Of a stretch of 64,000 nucleotides of DNA, positions 55,508-64,000 are shown piece after piece. Position 1 is the stretch's first letter; the number at the start of each line of letters is the position of its first letter. The notes beneath the pieces are model-generated. The model was given only the letters and a program-made list of their open reading frames with translations, ran no database searches and had not been told where the DNA came from. The DNA is from Eledone cirrhosa (Eukaryota), in assembly GCA_964016885.1 (NCBI GenBank), contig OZ024749.1, positions 53,444,001-53,508,000 on the forward strand, in the 5' to 3' direction. A program made the position numbers and the translations under genes.

Positions 55508-55699
55508 ATAGGAACCAGTAAGACCCCGACAGCTGAGCTCAAGCCGTTTCGACGGCTAATTTCATCCAGAATTAGCCGTCGAAACGGCTTGAGCTCAGCT
55601 GTCGGGGTCTTACTGGTTCCTATTACCCACTCTACTACCTCAAGTATTGAGTACTTTGGTGCGTTATGGTCCACCTGGTTCCTTACCACATTTCCTTCG

Positions 55700-55700
<1 letters not shown>
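55508..55700. mobile_element. Fold-back element C: perfect 54 bp arms (55508-55561 / 55570-55623) with 3' part of a hammerhead, tail, within (TA)n
   Basis: GACGGCTAATT-loop-AATTAGCCGTC-GAAAC-GGCT...AGCT-GTC; tail contains TTGAGTACT; flanked by (TA)n. Confidence 0.8.
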
Positions 55701-55740
<40 letters not shown>

Positions 55741-55787
55741 TATATAATTTATACCTATTTATATTTTTTCCCATCTACTGTTGACAG

Positions 55788-55991
55788 GAAGCTGAAACTG
55801 GTGCTGTGAACTCAGATCAAGATTCTGTATCTCCTATCATGGAACAGAATGCCTTATCTTCTTTAGAAAATGATGGCGTTTTACTAAGGCAAAAGTCCTT
55901 ACAAGATTTTCCAAAAAGCAACAGCCTTCCCAGTGAATACACCCAAATGTTAAGACCACGTTCAAATTCTGGTCGTTCCCTGACAGATCAG
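55788..55991 (+). CDS. WDR44: WDR44 exon 7 ending RPRSNSGRSLTDQ (start of Rab11-binding region)
   Basis: Matches human WDR44 RPRSNSGRELTDE; CAG/GT sites; 204 nt. Confidence 0.93.
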
Positions 55992-56094
55992 GTTTATTTT
56001 TTTTTATATTTATTTGGTGCTTTTAAAAATTGTATTTAAAAAAAATTTATGTAATGGTTTCTTTTACATTTTTCTGTTACCATTGTTAACCATT

Positions 56095-56521
56095 TCATTA
56101 CTAGACCTCGTTACTATATCTCATTACTAGACCTCGTTACTATACCTTGTTACTAGACCTCATTACTATACTTCATTACTATACTTCATTACTAGGCCTC
56201 GTTACTATATCTTGTTACTAGACCTCGTTACTATACCTTGTTACTATATCTTGTTACTAGACCTTGTTACTATACCTCGTTACCATACCTCGTTACCATA
56301 CCTCATTACCATACCTCGTTACTATACCTCGTTACTATACCTCGTTACTATACCTCGTTACTATACCTCGTTACTATACCTCGTTACTATACCTCGTTAC
56401 TAGACCTTATTACCATACCTTGTTACTAGACCTTATTACCATACCTCGTTACTATACCTTGTTACTATACCTCGTTACTAGACCTCGTTACTAGACCTCG
56501 TTACTAGACCTCGTTACTATA
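56095..56521. repeat. 13 bp tandem repeat (CCTCGTTACTATA), about 33 copies
   Basis: Direct tandem repetition; accounts for the three overlapping ORFs here. Confidence 0.97.
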
Positions 56522-56656
56522 TTTCTACATGTTCCTTACTTTGGGAGTCTTATGAAAGACACTATGATTTTCAATTAATTTTGAAAATAAATAATTTGGA
56601 GTGATTTCTCATTATCTTTGGAGCATAACTTAAAGGTTGTTACAAAAAATTAATTA

Positions 56657-56851
56657 CGAGGGTGAGCTGGAAAGTTCATAGGCTGACAAAGATACTCATG
56701 GAATGTCTGAACGAGGTTTATTTTTCAACATAGTCTCTGGAAAGAAACAATGCAGTTATTAATAAGAAGAGTTGAAATTAATGCATGCGAGATTTCACAG
56801 CTCTAGCATTGTCCTTCATAGTCAGCCTATGAACTTCTGAGCTGACCCTCG
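56657..56851. mobile_element. Tc1/mariner-type MITE
   Basis: 31 bp TIRs CGAGGGTGAGCTGGAAAGTTCATAGGCTGAC / GTCAGCCTATGAACTTCTGAGCTGACCCTCG; TA on both sides. Confidence 0.9.
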
Positions 56852-57397
56852 TATTATGGAAGGTTTTTAGATAAATATAAACATTTATCCTCACTTCATT
56901 ACCATATTTCTGCATGTTTCTGACCAGGGGAGTGGGCCATCACACAGTGAGGGAGCATATGTCAAGTTGTGGATGGTGGCCTTTGAGCATGTGAGTGATG
57001 ACCTGGTATTATATTGTCAAGTGTTCCCAGCTTTACTTGGTGATGGTATGGGTCCTGAAATAAAATACAAGCTTTTATTACAACACAGAATAAAAAGGAA
57101 GTGAATAAGGAACAAAGGGAAGCATTGCACGCACAAACATACTCACGCACACACACACACACACACACACCGAGGCACTCAGATACAGAAACACAGACAC
57201 TCATGCACAGACAGATACACACACACACACGCACACAGACACTCGCATATACTCACTCACTCACTCACTCACTCACTCACTCACAAACTCATACACTGGC
57301 TAGTTTGTCAGTTCTTTCATCACACATTCTGTGACCTCCTCAATGATTATTTGTTGTCTTCTGTCTCTTCTTTCTACTCTTAATCTGTTACTCCATC

Positions 57398-58370
57398 TTC
57401 ATCATCATCATCACCGTTTTACGTCCGTTCTTCCACGCTAGCATGGGTTAGACGGGTTGGCCTGTTGTGGGCAGTGTCTGGTCGGCTGACCATGCCTTGC
57501 TCATACAGGAACTGATTTGGCTTGATTTCTACAGCTGGATGCCCTTCCTAACACCAACCTCATTTACAGTGAGTGGGCGTGGGGGCATATTGTCTATATG
57601 CTTCAGCTTGTACCCATGGGAGGTCGGGTACTCTGTATTACTGCGTGACGCCAGAGGTCACGGTTGTGTGTCATTGCCTTTGAGAGGTGTAATTGGGTAA
57701 GGTCGGCTTTTATCACCTCATCCCAGGTCATCTTGGGTCTCCCCACTCCGCGGTTTCCATCGACTTCTATTGCCCTGCACCTTTTTATGCAGCTGTCATC
57801 CTTCATACGCATCACATGTCCATACCAGCGCAACCGCCTCTCCTGCACACAGCATTTGATTCCTCTTATGCTCATCATACAGTCTGCCTTTCATTCTGAG
57901 GGAGAAGCCTTTTGCAGCTAGCAGTGGTAGTAGTTCCCTAAACTTCTTCCATCCCGTTCTTACCCTAGTTATTGTACTTTCTGAACACCCACCTCCGCTG
58001 CTAATTCGGTCACCTAGGTAGCAGAAGCTGTCTACTGTTTCTACAGAGCCCTCCCAGAGATTGGTGGTACTTGTTTCCTGTGGCTGTTTGCTGCTTGCTG
58101 TCCCAGCACAGCTGCAGCATGTGAAGCCTACATTCTTAATTAAGCTTCCTGAGATCCCACTACATCTCTTGTGTACCCATTGTTTGCATTTGGGGCAGAG
58201 AATGGAGTTCCTACCTAAACCTTTCCTACATACTGAGCAAGGCCATTTCCCTGAGGGGATCTGGGTTCTGTTTTCTCGTCTACTTACAAGGACCTTAGTC
58301 TTTGTCATGTTGACTTTGAGACCCTTTCTTTCTAGTCCCTGCTTCCAAGTTTGGAATTTATTCTCTAGTT
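57398..58370 (-). mobile_element. RTE LINE (subfamily B), truncated, with an internal deletion
   Basis: Highly similar to the 45897 copy; PHD and FCYLG retained. Confidence 0.93.
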
Positions 58371-58643
58371 CTTTTTTTTTTTGTGATATCAGAAAGAGGA
58401 GGAGGCACAGAAGAAAACAAATAATCATTGAGGAGGTCACCGAATGTGTGATGAAAGACCTAACTGATAACTAGTAATAATCATATAGTGTGTATGTTTT
58501 TTTATTGGCAATACTGGCAACATCACCATCCCCAATCCAAATATAACAATATTATTACTTGAGCTGATTGCCAAGTTCATTGTTTCTCATATTTTTTTTT
58601 TGTCAGAAATAATTTTATATTTCCATATATTGATATATTACAG

Positions 58644-58780
58644 GAAATTTTGGAATCCGTCTATATTACAAATCTTGATACAGGACAAAAGGTCCCTTTA
58701 AGTGTAGCTGAAGATGAATTACCACGTTGTATAAACCCATTGGATTTACATATTATTCAAAGGACACATGAATACTTGGG
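58644..58780 (+). CDS. WDR44: WDR44 exon 8 (EILESVYITNLDTGQKVPLSVAEDELPRCINPLDLHIIQRTHEYL)
   Basis: Matches WDR44 EILASVMIKNLDTGEEIPLSLAEEKLPTGINPLTLHIMRRTKEY; not present in the ORF track. Confidence 0.95.
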
Positions 58781-58988
58781 GTATATATTAATTTTTCTTC
58801 AATATTAATTTAATATTTTTGTTTCATTTACAATTTTTCTTTTCTGTTATAAAAACCGACATTGTTATAATCAATCAACGCCTTTACCTCTACACCTATA
58901 TCTGCTTTAGTTTTTTGGGGGTTTTTTTCAGATTAAGACTTTATATAACTGAAATGCTTTTCCTTTTTTCTTTCTTCGTCGCTTTTAG

Positions 58989-59087
58989 TGAAGGTGATGA
59001 CCATAAAACAGAAGGATCAGAAGAAGATGAATGTAAATCAGAAAGTAGTCGAAGTTTATCCGACCAACATGGGACCAAGAGCAAGGC
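58989..59087 (+). CDS. WDR44: WDR44 exon 9 (EGDDHKTEGSEEDECKSESSRSLSDQHGTKSK)
   Basis: TAG/GTGAGT sites; 99 nt, phase 2-2. Confidence 0.85.
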
Positions 59088-59547
59088 GTGAGTGTACTAT
59101 ATTAACTAATAGAGTATTAACAAGTTACCATAAAAAAAAAACTATTGGCTCTTTTGATACCAACCTGTTGAGAGGAGAAACTCAAATATCTGTGGCCTGT
59201 TTACATGGCCAGTGGAAGGGTATTAGGTGTAAAAGCCAAACATATTATCTTCAATTCTGTGTCCTCACCCAGGTTTGTTTTCATGGGGGCAGTAAATTCT
59301 AGTGAAGTTAAGCAATCTCTGAATATAAAAGTTATTTCTTTTCTTTAAAAAGTTATTAGTCCTTGCCCTTTCGCTCCTTTTCCTATCATTTATAGTCTTT
59401 TACAATACTACTTTATTTTTCTTTGATTGATTTGTATCTTTTGAATATTTCATATTGATTATATATATCTTACATAAATTGTGTTTATATGTACAAAATG
59501 GAATATGTCTCTTAGAAATGAAGGCCATTTTTGAAATTGTTTTACAG

Positions 59548-59618
59548 CACAAAAATCAAGAAGTTCCTTGGAAAAACCATGAACCGAGTGAAATCAGTGG
59601 CAGATCAAAGTAAAAAAG
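59548..59618 (+). CDS. WDR44: WDR44 exon 10 (TKIKKFLGKTMNRVKSVADQ); alternative donor would end it at 59609
   Basis: KKFLGK and VKSV motifs as in WDR44; CAG acceptor; two in-phase GT donors. Confidence 0.85.
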
Positions 59619-60323
59619 GTATCAAATTATCCCTTTTTTATTGATTTGTCCTAATTTACTTCCAGATTTAACAGTTCCTACAGGTACATTGATTAAATAT
59701 TTTGTAAAATTGTAGGGAACTCAAACACAGAAATAGCTGTTATGATGATCATAGCAAGGAATCAGGTTAAAGAAAACCCCTTGAATCGAAGAGCAGTCAG
59801 AGATGAAGAGAGAGCAAGAGAGAGATTGAAAGGAATTAAATGTATAGCGTATGGTAGGAGAGAGAGAAAAGAGGGAATGTAAGGGAGAGAGTGTATAATG
59901 TTGACATGAAGAAGTAAGAAAGGGATAATGTCCATTAAGTGTAAATTTGACATCGTCAACTTCTACTCATTGTAAGAAGCTCATCGATAAGCATTACTAT
60001 TTGTCTTGAAACACATTACCATAGTACCAGGTTACTTACCTAGATGTTATATGGTATAGAAGGAACTCTCTTCTCTTTAACTCTTAACATTCAGCAATAA
60101 TTTAGTAGAAAATATTTAAAAACAGATTTGTTAATACAAATTTTTCCAGTATCATTATTAGTGGATAAATTGTTGTAAAAATTTGCAATTAGAAATCAAT
60201 ATTTTGAATAATGACATAATGAGTATTTAAAGAAATTTGATATCATTTGAGATGTAAATATCCCAGAAACTACAAAGTCTAAAACGAGACAGAACAGGTT
60301 TAATGTTGAGCAACATAAGATTT

Positions 60324-63300
60324 CATCATCACCGTTTTACGTCCGTTCTTCCACGCTAACATGGATTAAATGGGTTGTCCTGTAGTGGGCAGTACCCAGT
60401 CGGCTGACCATGCCTTGCTCATACGGGAACTGATTCTGCTTGATTTCTACAGATGGATGCCCTTCCTAACACCAACCTCATTTACAGTGAGTGCTGGGTG
60501 CTTTTTACTGTGGCGCCGACACGTCCACTTTACAGTGTGGGCTGGGTGCTTTTTTGCAGTGGGAGGGTGTGGGGGCATATTGTCTATATGCTTCAGCTTC
60601 GGCTTGTAGGGGGGGTCGGGTCTTCTGTATTACTGAGTGACGCCAGAGGTCACGGTCATGTGTCATCGCCTTTGAGAGGTGTACTTGGGTAAGGTCGGCT
60701 TTTATCACCTCATCCCAGGTCTTCTTGGGTCTCCCCACTCCGCGGTTTCCATCGACTTCTAGTGCTCTGCACCTTTTTATGCAGCTGTCACCCTTCATAC
60801 GCATCACATGTCCATACCAGTGCAGCTGCCTCTCCTGCACACAGCATTTGATTCCTCTTATGCTCAGTCACTCTCTCAATTCATTTATGCTTTGCCGTTC
60901 GCGTATATTACTATTACACATCTATCAGAGCATGCAGGCTTCGTTTCTTTCTAATCTACGCAAGTCTTCCACAGACAGCGCCCAGGTCTCACTACCATGT
61001 AACATTGCTGTTTGTTTACACGCATCATACAGTCTGTCTTTCATTATGAGGGAAAAGCCTTTAGCTCCCTGAACATCTTCCATCCCGTTCTTACCCTAGT
61101 TATAGTACTTTCCGAACACCCACCTCCGCTGCTAATTCGGTCACCTAGGTAGCAGAAGGTGTATACTGTTTTTACAGAGCCCTCCCAGAGTTTGGTGGTA
61201 CTTGTTTCCTGTGGCTGTTTGCTGCTTGCTGTCCCAGCACAGCTGCTACATGTGAAGCCTACATTCTTAGTTAAGCTTCCTGAGATCCTGCTATATCTCT
61301 TGTGTACCCATTGTTTGCATTTGGGGCAGAGAATGGAGTTCCTACCTACACCTTTCCTACATACTGAGCAAGGCCATTTCCCTGAGGGCATCTGGGTTCT
61401 GTTTGCTTGTCTACTTACAAGGACCTTAGTCTTTGTCATGTTGACTTTGAGACCCTTTCTTTCTAGTCCCTGCTTCCAATAAGTCCCTGCACAGCTATAA
61501 GTGCGAGGTCATCTGCATACATGAGTTCCCATGGGCATCCGGTCTTAAACTCCTCCGTTATTGCCTGCAGAACTATGATGAACAGGAGAGGGCTAAGAAC
61601 AGAGCCTTGGTGGACACCAACCTGTACGCTAAATTCCTATCTATAGTCATTGCTAATTTGCTGACTGCTCCCCTATACATGGCTTGTACAGCTTTCACAA
61701 GCTATTCATCTACTCCTAGTTTTCTAAGAGCCCACCAGATTATAGCATGTGGAACTCTGTCAAAGGCTTTCTCGAAATCGACAAATGCCAGATAGAGTGG
61801 CTTACTTTTAGCTAGGTACTTTTCCTGTAACTACCTCACAAGGAAGAGGGCATCAGTGGTGCCTCTTCCTGGCACAAACCCAAATTGCATCTCATCTAGT
61901 TTCACCCAGTCCCTAATCAAATGTGCTATAACTCTTTCTGTTACTTTCATGACCTGGGGAAATTATTCGGAGGAATACCAAGTCAGCGGAAAGTCGTTTC
62001 TGGGAATTGTTAGATCATGCGCAAATGGGTGACAGGATGCCAAGCTCCTATTTGCGACATCTGCGGGAGTTGAGTGACTCCCAGGGGATGGACACCCCAT
62101 TCCTCAAACAACTATTTTTCTCTCGTTTACCGCCAAGTGCGCAAAGGGTCTTGGTCAATAATTTGGAGAGGGAATCGTTAGATCGACTTGCCGCATCCGC
62201 GGATAGAATACTAGAGGTGGACTCTAACAGCAGTCGGCATAATCCTTGTGTGGCTTCTTCTTCTGTCCCCCCACGCAATTCTTCTGTGGCCGACAGCAAA
62301 CTGTTGGAGATGATCGAAGTGCTTACCAAAAAAGTGCAACATAGAGAGCCTTCTCAACGTTTAAGGTACCGTTCACCTCCGTCTGCTATTCCTCGAAACC
62401 GCTACGAGTACCGTTCGCCACCGTCTTCTGTTCCTCGCCAACACTACACTTCAGGCAGCAGTAATTCTTTGATTTGTTGGTATCATGTTAACTTTGGCAG
62501 TCGGGCGCCTTGTAGCTATAGGAGTTCGGAAAACGCCAATCAGAGCCACTAGGGGCGGCTAGTGAACTCTGGGAAACTCGACCAAACCGTCATCTTTTTG
62601 TGTACGATCTGCAGTCAAAAAAATTTTTTATTGTCGACACTGGCGCATCACTAAGTATTTGGCCAGTCAGTTATCTTAAAAAAAACCCATCTGAATCAAA
62701 TATCAATTTACGAGCAATCAACAACACAGCCATTCGAACGTACGGGCAAATTTCGCTTCCTCTTCGGTTTAAAAATTTGTGTCGTGAATTGAAGTGGAAG
62801 TTTACTATCGCCGACTTGCCATACGCCATTTTGGGAGCGGATTTCCTCCACCATTTTTCCTTATCGATTGACATCCGCAGACAACGACTTTTTGATGCTA
62901 ATACAGGCCTATCGTTCGAGGGTACAAAGCCGGAGATCGCCACAGTAAGCCCTGCTTTTTTCTTGGCTGAAGTGGGCAACCAGTATCACAGTTTGTTTTA
63001 CGATTTTTATTAAAAATCTGGTTGGAGGTGATTGTAGTGACCTACATTCCGCGGGCTCACATACATTCTCTGTGCGTGATTTGGCTCAGCTCAGCCAATC
63101 AGCGCCAGTAGAGGAGGATGTATCCCTACGCGTCCTGAGGGAGAAATTACCCGCGAAGATTTGAAGAATCTCTCTCTCTCGTACCAGGGACTTCGAACCA
63201 GCAACACGTATATGTGACGGTGAGATTTTGCACCTTAACCTGCCGACTTTCTGGCGCAATGATACATTCCCTTTTATAACCTCATTTTTATGTGTAACTT

Positions 63301-63683
63301 CAACCATACAAGTTAACCAACATTATTTGTGCTACAACAAAAATAAACATATATTTCATCTCTAATTTCTGCTGTTGAAATCATTATTATGTTACTCGTG
63401 TCTCAATAACATTTAATTTACCATGCTGCTTATTTGGCGACCGGCTCTTGGTCAGTTCACTCACGAGTAAGTTTGTTAACCTTATTATATCTGTATCGAA
63501 TTTAATTAGTGGTTGGCCTGCAGTGGCGTTTACCAAAGTAAATAACCCTGTGACCAATTCCCTAAACCTCTATAGTTTCCTCTATCTAGTGCATCACCTT
63601 TACCTTTGTAGCAGTTGACAATGATGCTGCTGCACTAATCCTTTGGTATGACACCTTCTGGTATTACCTGGTTAACAATACGT
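60324..63683 (-). mobile_element. RTE LINE (subfamily B) in two parts, 60324-61956 and about 63567-63683, split by LTR-retrotransposon sequence
   Basis: Both parts are collinear with the 45897 copy, with about 13-15 bp missing at the break. Confidence 0.9.
61958..63336 (+). mobile_element. Ty3/Gypsy fragment: partial gag, aspartic protease, PPT-like tract and LTR (63033-63336)
   Basis: GDRMPSSYLRHLREL, LFFSRLP, CWYHVNFG (gag); FIVDTGAS and ILGADFL (protease); TGTAG...CTACA LTR termini; no RT or integrase. Confidence 0.88.
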
Positions 63684-63862
63684 TATTCTTCAAAATTTGT
63701 CAACATTATAAACACTAACTCAATATATATTTTAATGTGACAAGCTTGGGAACAAGCCAATGATCTCATTTTTTAAAACACCCTGTATTTCTAATTAATG
63801 ACACTCTCTTATGATTTTGAAAATAATAAAAAAATGTTTAAACTGTATTTCTTATTTTTCAG

Positions 63863-63924
63863 TTCTTCAAGGTGATGAGGCAGGTATTGAAGAGGAATAC
63901 TCTATAGATGGCAAGATATACAAG
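63863..63924 (+). CDS. WDR44: WDR44 exon 11 (LQGDEAGIEEEYSIDGKIYK); gene continues past the window end
   Basis: TTTCAG acceptor, AAG|GTTGTT donor; phase 1->0 fits exon 10. Confidence 0.72.
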
Positions 63925-64000
63925 GTTGTTTTCCTTTTTATTTCATTTAGTTTAAACTTTACTTCTATTTATTTAATTAATTTTGTGTATATACACATTT

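Noticed and set aside
55427-55747. ORFs on both strands with mirrored peptides
   Set aside because: Consequence of the palindrome and (TA)n flanks
56212-56494. Three overlapping ORFs
   Set aside because: Artefact of a stop-free 13 bp tandem repeat

Overview
AT-rich, intron-rich animal genomic DNA; the SINE/RTE content suggests a cephalopod (octopod-like) genome, which is an inference. Two spliced genes sit head-to-head with only 304 bp between their start codons. On the minus strand is an FMR1/FXR-family RNA-binding protein gene (10 coding exons traced, 28426->884, 330 aa, Agenet/Tudor x2 to KH2; it continues beyond the window start). On the plus strand is WDR44 (11 exons traced, 28731->63924, about 525 aa N-terminal part; WD repeats lie beyond the window end). 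The introns hold RTE-clade LINEs with a PHD finger inside the RT region, a decayed Penelope-like element (RT + GIY-YIG), a Gypsy gag-protease/LTR fragment, CR1 pieces, a non-autonomous Helitron, mariner- and piggyBac-type MITEs and tRNA-derived SINEs. The most striking signal is a set of four small non-coding fold-back (palindromic) elements inserted in (TA)n microsatellites. They share a TTGAGTRCT tail motif; two carry paired hammerhead ribozymes and a third has folded back on the ribozyme's own stem II. All calls were made by eye; TE boundaries are approximate.
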